A DNA stretch of 64,000 nucleotides, from positions 36,046 through 100,045 of the IMG/VR virus record IMGVR_UViG_3300037483_001148; one strand, written 5' to 3'. Below the pieces are notes generated by a model. That model was given only the letters and a program-made list of their open reading frames with translations. It did not search any database and was not told where the DNA came from. This stretch comes from a virus. The position numbers and the translations under genes are program-made. Shown piece by piece: positions 54,101 to 63,578 of this stretch (the first letter of the stretch is position 1; every line of letters begins with the position of its first letter).

Positions 54101-57100
54101 GTTTAAGGAAACTGGAAATTATACTGGCGACACTTTGAACTGCACTCTTAATAAGAGTTCGAGCAGCAGTAGCAATACCTGAAGCAATTTGTTTTATCAG
54201 GTCAAATCCCCATTTGAACCACTCTCGTCCTGATCCCTTCAGCCAATTCCCAATTGATTTAATAGCATCTTGGGCATATTTTAAGAGTAGTCCCCATGCC
54301 TTCGGCCATTCCCCTTTGACAAGAGCCAGGATAACCATCAAAGCTGGCTTGACAACACTCATAACAGTACCAGCTAATTCCTTCATTCGGTTGGTAGCTT
54401 GTTCTATTCGTTTTCCAGTTTCGTCAACCCCACTCTGAATACCGGTAATATTCTCCCACAAAGATTTAATAGAATTGCCAAGTTCCTGACCAATTAGCAT
54501 AACGAAAGGTTCGGCAGCGTTGCCGATTTGTTCAAACATATTACGTATGTCATCCAAAACATCCGTCAAAGCGTCAAAAATAGGGCTACCTAAACCGGTT
54601 AGTAGTTTTGTAATTGTATCGTTCAGGTTTGAGATAATACCGGATAAAGTTTTGGATCGAGCCGCCGAAGCTCCGGCAAAAATAGTGTTTTGTTTCAAAT
54701 ACCCGTTCAAAATATCTAACGCTTCAATGGGTGTCTGCTTCAAGCTGCCTTGAGCATCAAACGCCCATTGTTTCCATTCGTATCCTGCGGCTTGTAGTTC
54801 CTCCCTGGATTTACCCAAGACCTTATTGGCCTCTATCATTATTCCGGTAGATTTATCCAGCCATACCCCCACTTGCTGGACTGGGATACCGAAATCCCGA
54901 ATCATATCAATCCCAATACCTTTTGAACCCGCTTTTAACCTCTGGATAGCAAAGATTAACTGTTCCATTGGTTTGTTCATAGCTGAAGCAGCATCAGCCA
55001 TTGGTTCAAGCCATTTTCGTGGATCAAGACCACCCGTTACTAAGCGTTGAAACGATTCTTGCCCCGAAGCCAGTTCAAATGGTGTTTTGGCAATAATTCC
55101 TCTAATAAATTCATCAATACCCCGTAGAGATTTTTTTATGGTTTCAGGATCAAAGCCGGTTAGCATTTGTTTGAGTGTGGTATTGAAATCCTGAACCTGT
55201 TTATTTGCTTTTAGAAATTCCTGGGGTAAGGTGGCAAAAAATTGACCAATTTGGTCGATAATTGTGCCGATAATACTGCTCATCATTTTGAATGGGGCTA
55301 GTATGGTATTGATAGGAATGGTTAAAGGCAAGGTTAGAAACTTGGTGAGTTGCCCAATAACATTACTAAGCGGAACACCAAGAGCTACACCCAATGCAGT
55401 TTTAAGAACATCCCCTAAGAATGTGGCAGATTTAGCTGCACCATCAAGTGATGCTTTTACCAGATTACCTTTTTTAGCAGCTTCCTCAAATGATCCACCT
55501 AGTTGAAATGCTTTTTCACCGGTTTCGGCAACTTCTTTTTTAGTTTGCCGGAATGGAGTAAGAAGGTTATTAACCCCACGTTTTAGTTTATCAAATATAG
55601 AACCACCCTGATCTACTGCTTTTAAGTTACTGGAAATCTCTTCCAGGGAGCGTCTATTTTCATCAACTGCCCCCCGCATTTGTTGAAGACGTTGAATGGT
55701 TTTACTACTAACCGGGTCAAGTTTATAAACCGTCTTTAGAGTTTGTTCCAGATTATCGAATTGACGGTTTAAGTCTTCCACCCCATCAATATAAGCTCTA
55801 ATATCAGCCCCAAATTTAGGGCCGGTTGCGCCTCTAGCAATAGCACTTTGCAAGATTTTGAACTTATTGACAGAGTTGGTTATTTGGGTGTTTAATCCGG
55901 CAAATTCAGTCTCGGCAACTTTCTCATCTTTGCCTAATCGCCGTAATGAGTTGCCCATTTGCCGCAACTCACTATTTGATGTAACCAAATTAGAAGCTAA
56001 TCTCTGAGCCTCAGCTTGCAAAGCATTAGTTGCTCGACTGAATGAAGTAGTATGCTTAACAGCCATATCAAGCAGTTCACCCAGTTTGCCGGTAGGTTCA
56101 GTAGTGCCGTAAATGACTCTGCGCAAGGCTACAAAAACATTCCCGCCTTGCGCACCGAAGAGATTTACTCCGGCAAGAACGTCGTTAAAATCTCTTCTTA
56201 TGTTTTGAGTAACTTTACTAACTTCCTGTCCGGCTGAGATGATGCCGGATAAGGATCGTAAATCTCCCTGTTGGAAGATTTGTTTTACCCCGGTTAAAGC
56301 CTCACTTGTCCCACTAGCTATCCCCAATGCTCCTTTAGAACGTAATGCAGCCCTACGTGCTTCGATTTGTTCAAAACGTTGTTCTTCCAGAGCAATTCGC
56401 TGTTGTGATTCAACTTCTTTTTGTCGGCCTTTAAGAAGTTTTTCCTGTTCCTTAATAGTTTCTTTTAGTTCATCTGTTATTTTTCTCTGATTAGTGGCTT
56501 GTTCAACTTGTGCCAGGTTTATGTTATTGGCATGCTCGGCTACTTTCTTCATTGAGCCTAATTGCTGCTTATAGATAGCCTCGACATCTTTGATTGTCTT
56601 GCCTTCCTCAGCCAAAGAATCAATTATTTGTTGTCGTTTGGCTTTAGTCTCATCTAATTTGCGATTCAGAGCATCAACAGAGGAAGTTGGCAAGCCAGGA
56701 GTAGCAATGGCTTTTTGAAGCTGCCCGATTTGAACATCTAACTTTTCAAATGTAGCTAACGTGCTTTCGGTTTGTTTTATTTCAGCCCGAAGTTCACTAA
56801 ACCGCTTTTTAAGCAAAATAACAGCCGGTTCAGCTTTATTGGGTAACTTGGAAAAAGTGGAAGTAATAACAGCCTCTAGCTTTTCCAGATCAGTAGAGGC
56901 CGATTTTATGTATTTGGAGAACTTGTCTCCAAAGAGGTCTTTATTTCTTAAATTGAGGGTCTTAAAAGTAGAGTTAAGATTGTTGAGATTTTTATTGACA
57001 TCAACAAAAATCTTGCCAGAGTTTTTCAGACCATTCTGAAGTTCCTTGAGATTTTTTATTGATTCTTGAATGTTTTTAAGACTGATGTCTATATCAGTCT

Positions 57101-57128
57101 TAAAAACTTCATAATTTCGTTCAGCCAT
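51174..57128 (-). CDS. tape measure protein
   Basis: 1984 aa helical; IAKTPFEL..DAASA..QRLKAG tape-measure block; PGSPPEQGPLS and PHSPAEKGPLS motifs. Confidence 0.92.
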   Translation of the reverse strand: MAERNYEVFKTDIDISLKNIQESIKNLKELQNGLKNSGKIFVDVNKNLNNLNSTFKTLNLRNKDLFGDKFSKYIKSASTDLEKLEAVITSTFSKLPNKAEPAVILLKKRFSELRAEIKQTESTLATFEKLDVQIGQLQKAIATPGLPTSSVDALNRKLDETKAKRQQIIDSLAEEGKTIKDVEAIYKQQLGSMKKVAEHANNINLAQVEQATNQRKITDELKETIKEQEKLLKGRQKEVESQQRIALEEQRFEQIEARRAALRSKGALGIASGTSEALTGVKQIFQQGDLRSLSGIISAGQEVSKVTQNIRRDFNDVLAGVNLFGAQGGNVFVALRRVIYGTTEPTGKLGELLDMAVKHTTSFSRATNALQAEAQRLASNLVTSNSELRQMGNSLRRLGKDEKVAETEFAGLNTQITNSVNKFKILQSAIARGATGPKFGADIRAYIDGVEDLNRQFDNLEQTLKTVYKLDPVSSKTIQRLQQMRGAVDENRRSLEEISSNLKAVDQGGSIFDKLKRGVNNLLTPFRQTKKEVAETGEKAFQLGGSFEEAAKKGNLVKASLDGAAKSATFLGDVLKTALGVALGVPLSNVIGQLTKFLTLPLTIPINTILAPFKMMSSIIGTIIDQIGQFFATLPQEFLKANKQVQDFNTTLKQMLTGFDPETIKKSLRGIDEFIRGIIAKTPFELASGQESFQRLVTGGLDPRKWLEPMADAASAMNKPMEQLIFAIQRLKAGSKGIGIDMIRDFGIPVQQVGVWLDKSTGIMIEANKVLGKSREELQAAGYEWKQWAFDAQGSLKQTPIEALDILNGYLKQNTIFAGASAARSKTLSGIISNLNDTITKLLTGLGSPIFDALTDVLDDIRNMFEQIGNAAEPFVMLIGQELGNSIKSLWENITGIQSGVDETGKRIEQATNRMKELAGTVMSVVKPALMVILALVKGEWPKAWGLLLKYAQDAIKSIGNWLKGSGREWFKWGFDLIKQIASGIATAARTLIKSAVQSVASIISSFLKPGSPPEQGPLSTIDKWGKGLVEVFTSGFKSADMDFLTPITSSIQTALGSLGLDKFKAIRQNVLEIIGGINKTGQINEELWGKLTKQIGSGNTALTEYVRLTLELKQVSKEYADAEKAGFIPKELQDKLDAAQAAVQLKEEELKLQEQINQASSSSGTTSDGSTDDPKKRMNDELTLLKKRKEIGLITEKEYLDGVASLRRQYADVFLQAGDKGAAKDQVEQAKKVDAEIFKQDREFLEKKKKIGLITEAEYLSQLADLNKSEAEKLLAQGDEAGAKALIENAKNLEKRIKEVEEQEQLKALNEQIAKERQILEIKYQKGLITEKEYREALVKLQEGYIDQLLDLGFPVDKEIEKLRSLQDELKKLTDIPVDQPQDILASFADGVGGELQKMMDDILSEFSSLGTSTWEEFTNTFHDAFDGIWEEISTAIFGEESGGLGNVRENLMKWAGGLWADLTAEGGPLSDMSDFFNRISEGFLSWSQGEGKSSFNEVGKTVGQALIDGIKAALGLDVGANVVVNEFATSIVSSTATFYRAFNTIAGSAISGFISAFTGDRFGEIGQRIANGIGKGLSDSLNPLGNETVQQLIGFFRDGIMNTDWLFILSPIVSGFRWLYDTLVGNSIVPETVDAIVSVFEYLPEKLEELDLGGKIADMFTSIKEELIEAGSGMVDSIKTGMESATEGLEQTVSDIAATVSSYWPHSPAEKGPLSVLPNWTEYLVTPLMIAIGALNPQLGSIVSLVQATATSLSTIWQNMTTNIKTQTDTMVQTVNQAHDSISQASMDTIKTIGETQKSIQEAMSHSRLSEPLGSGFGNYGKGSDGPSIAEQGGIAASWKRFFKLLKEKGTISTYGKVNASYAMGTPRIMRAHTAKLHKDEMVIPAKMAEAIRGYLANPTASIKSLKQEMALPASIVNAFKERLSSQSTDIRSSTSSQKSYLFQAGAFANAFPNVKNARDAATILEQIERMVMASEMRAQIV

Positions 57129-57649
57129 TAGTTAGGCAGCATTTCCGGCTTCATAGGAAGCACAATGGCAACTTTACCTAGCTCTGTCTGTTCTCCATGC
57201 ATATCGAAAAGCATAACCATACTTCCCTGTTCATCAAAGTAATTTTTGTTCTGATCCACAAATACAATAGGGCGATGAAGTGCTTTTGATACCATATAAG
57301 CTTTTCTGTATTTTTCTTCCAGATCACCAATGGGAGGTAAGAATGGGGTTAGATTCTTAACCGTTTCTTCCAGGGGTAGGATTGGTTCAGTTCCGGCTTT
57401 GTCGGGGCTAGACCATACCCAATTCTTTACATCGAGTTGTGAGTTTACCCACCAGTGAAATCTTTCCAGTTCTTCGGCATCCAAACTCTCCGTAAACAAA
57501 CAGATATAATTACCCCAGTCAATGTCATCCCTAAGAGTGGTCCAGGGAATATTAAAATGTTTACAAATCAGCCTATCACTATGAAAAGCGGCGAAATCCG
57601 AAGCTAGTTCTGTTCCTCCTCGGTATCGTCGCCGCCCCTCAATTTTTTT
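57128..57649 (-). CDS. tail assembly chaperone GT C-terminal part (-1 frame)
   Basis: -1 frame open from slippery A-AAA-AAA (57649-57643) into ORF 57499..57128. Confidence 0.8.
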   Translation of the reverse strand, partial: KKIEGRRRYRGGTELASDFAAFHSDRLICKHFNIPWTTLRDDIDWGNYICLFTESLDAEELERFHWWVNSQLDVKNWVWSSPDKAGTEPILPLEETVKNLTPFLPPIGDLEEKYRKAYMVSKALHRPIVFVDQNKNYFDEQGSMVMLFDMHGEQTELGKVAIVLPMKPEMLPN

Positions 57650-58029
57650 AGGCTTTCTTCGACCTCTGGCCGTTTGACTTGTTGGGTACGATAAGGAATA
57701 GCATCCTTAAACGCACCTACAATATCAAAAATCGTGAGATTATTAAGAACTGTCTCCCCTTCATCATCATCAAGATCAAGAACGATGGATGCAATTTTCA
57801 GCCATTCATCATCTTCAGCAAATTTGTTGATTAGAACAGCATCATCCATTTCCTCAGATAGTCCAGCCACAAAGGAAATGATTTTACCATCTTTCTTACG
57901 GCCTTCTGACCCTACATGAGGCTTTAGAAGTAGAGTTACTTCCCGTTCCTCACCAGGGGCGATAGTGATTTTGTTTATAACCGGAATTTTGTCTTTGTAA
58001 GTCGGCTTACCTTTAACTACAGTAGTCAT
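57604..58029 (-). CDS. tail assembly chaperone G
   Basis: Between tail tube and tape measure; slippery heptamer near 3' end. Confidence 0.8.
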   Translation of the reverse strand: MTTVVKGKPTYKDKIPVINKITIAPGEEREVTLLLKPHVGSEGRKKDGKIISFVAGLSEEMDDAVLINKFAEDDEWLKIASIVLDLDDDEGETVLNNLTIFDIVGAFKDAIPYRTQQVKRPEVEESLKKLRGGDDTEEEQN

Positions 58030-58098
58030 TTATTTGCTCTCCAATGTATTGTAATTTTTTACTTATCCGAATGTTTTCACACTTGTCAAGTTTATAGG

Positions 58099-58758
58099 TC
58101 AGAAGGCATAAATGGAACCAACTTGCCTTCCGTTAGCCAACGATTCCACAGGACGCCCCATGAAGGTAACGTCCATAGTATTGATCGTTTTTGCAGCCAA
58201 AGCTGCCCAGTTGAAGCCACTAGTAGAGATAACGTCCCAAATAGATAAAATCAGAGCAGTTAAGCCAAGTTCAATATCCTGACCGGCTGGCAGAAAACAG
58301 GCCAGGTTGGTTACGTCAAGCTGTAACGGTTGAGAAGTGATATTGCAAAGTGTACCGAAAGTCAGGAAGAACTCATTATTGGGAGCCGAAGCAAGTTCAT
58401 AAGACTGAGCATGGTGCAACAGCATTTTGATGAAGGTGGGGTTAAATTGAGTAGCTCCAAAAGTGATCTCACACACTTCCCCAGTAACGTAGTAAATAGA
58501 AGGAAGACGCTCGTTAGCCGCATCGAACGGCTCAACGGTTGCACCAATGTTAGCCCCAACTGTAGCTACTTTACCAACATCCAGGGCTTGCTCATTAACG
58601 ATACCAATAGAGGTATTATAAGCTGTATAAACCTCGCTCGTAGTTTCAAGTGCCCCCCACAATTCAGCTAAACCAAGACGAATACGAGCTTGAGCCTGAA
58701 CCAAAAAACCAGCTAGTTTTTCGGGTGGGGCTGTTGAACCAAACGCGCCAGTAGCCAT
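58099..58758 (-). CDS. major tail (tube) protein
   Basis: Position, 219 aa, beta-rich. Confidence 0.7.
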   Translation of the reverse strand: MATGAFGSTAPPEKLAGFLVQAQARIRLGLAELWGALETTSEVYTAYNTSIGIVNEQALDVGKVATVGANIGATVEPFDAANERLPSIYYVTGEVCEITFGATQFNPTFIKMLLHHAQSYELASAPNNEFFLTFGTLCNITSQPLQLDVTNLACFLPAGQDIELGLTALILSIWDVISTSGFNWAALAAKTINTMDVTFMGRPVESLANGRQVGSIYAF

Positions 58759-58773
58759 AATTTATAATCCTTT

Positions 58774-59019
58774 CTAATCTTCAGGTTTCAATTTAAGTTG
58801 CCGTTGGTTGGGTGCTGACCGGTAAACTATATTGGGTCGAAGCACCATTTGTTTCTTAGCAGGACACCAGGCCGGATATTCTCTTTCAACTAATATATCA
58901 GCATCATTCAGTGGTATCCAGCTACCATACATTGAAATAACGAGGCTTTTCCCCGTAATCGGTCCAATTTCTCTTATTGTTCCGACTGCTTGAGAGCAAG
59001 CCACATGTTCCCATTCCAT
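58774..59019 (-). CDS. hypothetical virion-module protein
   Basis: ORF in - strand array. Confidence 0.6.
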   Translation of the reverse strand: MEWEHVACSQAVGTIREIGPITGKSLVISMYGSWIPLNDADILVEREYPAWCPAKKQMVLRPNIVYRSAPNQRQLKLKPED

Positions 59020-59020
59020 T

Positions 59021-59539
59021 TTAACATTCTTCTAAATCAAATTTTATTTCACTTATAAGATAAGCCGCAAAGCTTTCGGCTTCCGGCCAGTAAATCTCAC
59101 TGTTTTCACAGGTAATGTCAGTATCCGAAAAAAGTCTAAATCTGGACAAATTATCAGTAAAGTAAGTTTGCTCATTATATTTTTTTTCCAGCAAATCTAT
59201 TATTCGATCCGTAATGAGATTAAAATCATCATTCATTGCCTCATATAACTCAGTTTCACCCGCAACTGCTCCAACATAATCCAGTATTGAAACAGTAAGT
59301 CGATAAAACCAGGTTTTTGGAATATCAAATAAGTCATTGGCCGGGTCTAGCTTCTTGCGAAATTCTTTGTTGTCTACGTGAATGGCTACAAAATAGTAAC
59401 CTGTCGGTGGAGTTAAAGTTGAACGAGTTATATGTGAAAATGTACGCTGAACACCATAATGGTTGATGCCAGATAAAAGTTCAGATTCATTGTCTCTGAA
59501 AAAGTTTTGAATAACTCGTTTGGCCGAAACTTCACTCAT
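59021..59539 (-). CDS. putative tail terminator/completion protein
   Basis: Position before tail tube; acidic. Confidence 0.5.
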   Translation of the reverse strand: MSEVSAKRVIQNFFRDNESELLSGINHYGVQRTFSHITRSTLTPPTGYYFVAIHVDNKEFRKKLDPANDLFDIPKTWFYRLTVSILDYVGAVAGETELYEAMNDDFNLITDRIIDLLEKKYNEQTYFTDNLSRFRLFSDTDITCENSEIYWPEAESFAAYLISEIKFDLEEC

Positions 59540-60077
59540 TCAACTTTTCTCTCTCTTCGGCTAACTGAAGCAAACCATCTCCTACAGTTACCGTATCTAT
59601 CAAATCTGTAGCAATTCTATCCAGCATTTCAGATACCTTTTCATCTGTCTTTGCAAGCTGTTTAGAGAATATTTTTAATTCATCAGCCCACCTCTCAAGT
59701 TTGGTAATGGTAGCTCTCAGGTCATTACGCCGCTTAAGTGTTAGAATTCGATTAGATATGTTTTGATGCTGGATTCTTAAATAATGTGACCATGCAGCTA
59801 TAACTGAAATAACTACAATTGAGATTAAAATAACCGCTTTTCGACTAGGTTCTATAGGTAAAGCATATGCTATAAAAAGCATAACAATTAGGGTGTTTAA
59901 GGTTGGAATAACAAAAGTTGTACCATTTAATTCAAGAGTAAAAACAAGTAAAGCAACTAAAGGTAAAACAGCATATCCTACAAACTCACCCAAGTTAAAT
60001 AACGTGTAAAGCAAACAACCACCTACTATCAACCCAACTGAAATAACGTGTTTAATCGTGAACAGTTCTCTAATCAT
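59532..60077 (-). CDS. multi-TM membrane protein with coiled-coil tail (holin-like candidate)
   Basis: About four hydrophobic helices in first 100 aa. Confidence 0.55.
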   Translation of the reverse strand: MIRELFTIKHVISVGLIVGGCLLYTLFNLGEFVGYAVLPLVALLVFTLELNGTTFVIPTLNTLIVMLFIAYALPIEPSRKAVILISIVVISVIAAWSHYLRIQHQNISNRILTLKRRNDLRATITKLERWADELKIFSKQLAKTDEKVSEMLDRIATDLIDTVTVGDGLLQLAEEREKLNE

Positions 60078-60600
60078 TTCCGGTTAATTTCCTAATTTCC
60101 TCTTCTTCAGCTTCTATTTTATTTTGTAATTCGAGTGGTATGTCCACCGAACCGTATTTTGCTGCTTGTTGTCTTAAAATGGTCAAGTTTCGTTTATGGG
60201 TAGCCATAAGATTTCTTCTGACTTTTATTTCATCTTGTAAATCTTCTATAACCTCCGTTATTTTCTGATGGTTTTTCTCGGTTAATAGCAGGAGCAAAAT
60301 ATCATCAGTTCGCTCCATATGCTGCCTGACCTCTATAATTTGTTGCCGAATTTGCCTGTTTTGTTTTTCTATTCGGCGTATTTCTTTTAAGGTACTCTCG
60401 AAGCCGGTTAAAAGTCCACTTACTTTGTCATTTGTATCAAAAGCTATTTTTACTCTGGCTTGTTCGGCAGTTCGATTTCTCTGAAGTTCACTAATGCTTT
60501 TTTCAGCTAAATCGTTTTGTCGTTTTAATTCAAGAACCTTTTGATACTCAACTTCTACCTGTCGATGAAGGGCTTCAAGTATTTCTTTGTTTTCATCCAT
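60070..60600 (-). CDS. coiled-coil protein with C-terminal helical hairpin
   Basis: HKRNLTILRQQAAKYGSVDIPLELQNKIEAEEEEIRKL. Confidence 0.65.
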   Translation of the reverse strand: MDENKEILEALHRQVEVEYQKVLELKRQNDLAEKSISELQRNRTAEQARVKIAFDTNDKVSGLLTGFESTLKEIRRIEKQNRQIRQQIIEVRQHMERTDDILLLLLTEKNHQKITEVIEDLQDEIKVRRNLMATHKRNLTILRQQAAKYGSVDIPLELQNKIEAEEEEIRKLTGND

Positions 60601-61222
60601 CCAACGCTTTGCTGATCTTGTCTATTCCGATTTTTTTAGATGCAGTTCTAATCGCTTTATTAAACATGGATCGGTATCTTTGATTAAACATTTCCAGCAC
60701 TATTAAACCATAATCCATGTGACCGGGATGCTCTACTATCAATGGAAAAAAGTGACCTGGCTGATCTGACCATTTTCTTACCAATGGAGGATGCCAGGGT
60801 AATGGTTTTCCCGATTGAAAAGCCAATCTACCCTTTGAACTATAAATCGGATAATTGAACGATTTTGGTTGTCCAAAAAAATAACCCGCGTGTTCTGCTA
60901 TGTTTTCAAAAACTACACGTAGAGCCATTACCCCACGTTGTTTACGAATTCTGAATTTTTGTCCTATGGCTAAAGATGGAGAACCTGGATGAAGTCTTTC
61001 AGTGGGGGTCTGGTCATACAAATCATCTATTCTGTGGTCATCTGCTTTAGTAATTGCACCCTTGCGTAAAGGATAATTTTTACTCTCAAGCCAATGAACA
61101 ATGTGAGCATTAAATTTCTGAGCCGGGGGGGTTATCTCTTCTCTTAGGGTTTTTAATCCCTTTCTACCATCCTGTATTTCCTCTAAAATTTTAATCAAAA
61201 CGGGAAATTTATTTTTTGTCAT
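60593..61222 (-). CDS. putative neck/tail completion protein
   Basis: Basic; AEHAGYF..GRLAF..VEHPG pattern; position. Confidence 0.55.
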   Translation of the reverse strand: MTKNKFPVLIKILEEIQDGRKGLKTLREEITPPAQKFNAHIVHWLESKNYPLRKGAITKADDHRIDDLYDQTPTERLHPGSPSLAIGQKFRIRKQRGVMALRVVFENIAEHAGYFFGQPKSFNYPIYSSKGRLAFQSGKPLPWHPPLVRKWSDQPGHFFPLIVEHPGHMDYGLIVLEMFNQRYRSMFNKAIRTASKKIGIDKISKALDG

Positions 61223-61881
61223 AAGTAACCCGTTACAGGAGAGTAGGATAATTGCTGCAAAGTACCATCAACCCCGGTTAAATCAAGCCAATTAAACGAG
61301 TTTTGCTTAAAACTTTCCATAAGTCTATTTTCAAGCAAAGTATAATCCCAAAAGTACATGCGTCTACTTCTATCTGAATTACCAGATTCAGACAATTGTC
61401 TTGAAAAATCAGCCTTTGGTGGAGTAGGTTCGGTAATGGCTTTTTCAGCGGGTGTACCAAGATAGAACTTAGCTCTTAAGCGAAGTTGAGTGTTATTCGT
61501 TTGTTTATCCCATATTCTATTTAACTCAGCCTGGTACAAGTCCCTAAAAACGTTACCACTTGAGCCGCTTCTTCCTGGGCCACTTGCGGGTGCTGGTAGT
61601 AACGCGGGCGAAATTAATGAAATTGTTCCCACACATGTAGCAAGTTGAAGATAAGCGGTTTGGTGGATAGGCCATGCTTCCCCTGCTAAATCCTGAAGAG
61701 GAATAACATATCCGGCCTGGGATAACTGCATATCAATGGATGCGGATACCCACAAAATGAATTGATCTACAGTATCTTTTGGTACACGAGAAACATCACT
61801 GAAGTTAGTAGCACCTAGCAAAAGATTCTTCTGCATAAGTGCTACTAACTCTGAAGTAACGTAGGGGGCTACTACAGCCAT
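61219..61881 (-). CDS. head-tail adaptor protein
   Basis: PYVT...SASIDMQLSQAGYVIPL; follows capsid gene. Confidence 0.7.
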   Translation of the reverse strand: MAVVAPYVTSELVALMQKNLLLGATNFSDVSRVPKDTVDQFILWVSASIDMQLSQAGYVIPLQDLAGEAWPIHQTAYLQLATCVGTISLISPALLPAPASGPGRSGSSGNVFRDLYQAELNRIWDKQTNNTQLRLRAKFYLGTPAEKAITEPTPPKADFSRQLSESGNSDRSRRMYFWDYTLLENRLMESFKQNSFNWLDLTGVDGTLQQLSYSPVTGYL

Positions 61882-61899
61882 TCGCTCTCCTATTTTATT

Positions 61900-63138
61900 T
61901 TACATAACATCAAGAACCGCAAGACCTTCAGGTTGCTGAAGTAAGGGCCAGCAAACATTGGAGATGGTCATTTCCCGGTCATGCGGTTCTTTCTCTTCAC
62001 GATGAACATGAACCACGTCACCAGAAACGAAGTCCCCAGTTTGATTCTCATGCGGGGCTTGAGCCATTGTACCAATTTTCTCACCTTGTGGCACAACTAT
62101 AACCCGACCAACCGGCAGGAATCGTACCGATTTGATGTTCTCAGACCCATCAGCCAGCGGATTTGCAAAGTCGATATAAGTCCACTTTGCGTCATACAAC
62201 TCGATCTTGAATCCAAACGAATCCTTTACCTTCTCTTTGAGAATAGGCAGGGAAGCAGCCGCTTCCCAACCGCCGACAGTTGAGAAGGTTCGTCCTAGTA
62301 ACCAGTTTTGCATCACTGGCAAACGAACAATGCGGGAAAGAACCAACCGAGACATCAGGAGGGTAGCATTATCAGGATTTACACCTTTGGTGTCTTCCAT
62401 CAAACTACCAAGTACTTCCATATCAACCAATGGATTCGCGCTTGGATCAGACCACAAAAAACCAGCGCCTACATCTCCGTTTACACCAGTTAGGTCAGCA
62501 ACGGTTCTTGGAGCAGGGGTAACACCATCAGATTCTACCCGGTCACGATGGTATTGAAAAGCATCAGTGAAAGGCCAGCGCATAGTCATAGCCTGCCCCG
62601 CGTTCCATTCTGGCATCGGCAAAGCAATAGGCATACCATCAGCACCCAACGGAGGCCACTGAAGTATGCCCATCATTGCCTTGATAGCAAAATACTCTTT
62701 CATTGACGCAATTTGGTCGTCAATGAAAGCAAGATATTTGTTCATCTTGGCAATGACGCGGTTCATTGCTCCTTCAACCATATAGGGAATTGGACCACCG
62801 GCTTTGTAGATATTGATTGTGCCGGGATCACGAAGCTTTTGAACCATATCGGAATCAATGGTTTTAGCTGCTCGAATCCACAGCAAATTAGCGAAATGGG
62901 TTTTGAACCCAATATCATCCCCAGGCATGGCTTTACCACGACTTGAATAAATGCCTGCCAATCGGTTTTCTCTACGAATGGATTCCCAAGCTACAATTTG
63001 TTCCGGCACGTTTTGGACAGGGAAGAATCGTTGCCCAATGTATTTAGGTCGTTCATCCCCAAAATCCTGCCGTTCCGCAATAAGACCCATCAAGTACATT
63101 GGGTCAAGGAAATTCAGAGGGTTTGTAAATTCAGTCAT
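61900..63138 (-). CDS. major capsid protein (lambda gpE-like)
   Basis: YIGQRFFP, KEYFAIKAMMG, WSDPSANPLVDM, YDAKW...RFLPVGRVIV, terminal WPLLQQPE. Confidence 0.88.
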   Translation of the reverse strand: MTEFTNPLNFLDPMYLMGLIAERQDFGDERPKYIGQRFFPVQNVPEQIVAWESIRRENRLAGIYSSRGKAMPGDDIGFKTHFANLLWIRAAKTIDSDMVQKLRDPGTINIYKAGGPIPYMVEGAMNRVIAKMNKYLAFIDDQIASMKEYFAIKAMMGILQWPPLGADGMPIALPMPEWNAGQAMTMRWPFTDAFQYHRDRVESDGVTPAPRTVADLTGVNGDVGAGFLWSDPSANPLVDMEVLGSLMEDTKGVNPDNATLLMSRLVLSRIVRLPVMQNWLLGRTFSTVGGWEAAASLPILKEKVKDSFGFKIELYDAKWTYIDFANPLADGSENIKSVRFLPVGRVIVVPQGEKIGTMAQAPHENQTGDFVSGDVVHVHREEKEPHDREMTISNVCWPLLQQPEGLAVLDVM

Positions 63139-63151
63139 TGGTTATTTCTCC

Positions 63152-63577
63152 TTAAACCCAATCTACATCAGATAGTGCAGTTTTAACAGCCGCCGAAATA
63201 ACGCCTTTGGTTTGACCCAAAACATAGCAATTCCGTTGGCGAACCTGACCGTGATACAATAAACCCACACCTTCAGCTTGTAAGGTAGCGTTCAAACGAA
63301 TGTCCAACAACCCAACCGCTGTATCCGAACCAGTACCATATGAACCATCAGCGTTATACGGCACAGCCCGAACTACATCACCATAGGTCACATCAGTGGA
63401 CATAACCGCTACAGCAACTACCAGGCCGGGATCAATGTATCGGTTTCCTCGCGCATCCACCGGAAAATAAGTTTCCTCAAACCAGTATGAACCATGATAG
63501 TCATACAGGCCATGAGGCATTTTGATTTCGCCGGGAACGGCGTTAAAGAACGAATGGTCATTTTGATTAAATGGCAT
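63152..63577 (-). CDS. head decoration protein
   Basis: Immediately upstream of MCP; GNRYIDPG..AVGLL..LLYHG. Confidence 0.75.
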   Translation of the reverse strand: MPFNQNDHSFFNAVPGEIKMPHGLYDYHGSYWFEETYFPVDARGNRYIDPGLVVAVAVMSTDVTYGDVVRAVPYNADGSYGTGSDTAVGLLDIRLNATLQAEGVGLLYHGQVRQRNCYVLGQTKGVISAAVKTALSDVDWV

Positions 63578-63578
63578 T

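Noticed and set aside
42661-63186. Numerous short + strand ORFs across the structural arm (and - strand ORFs across the early arm)
   Set aside because: Shadow ORFs antisense to long, coupled genes.
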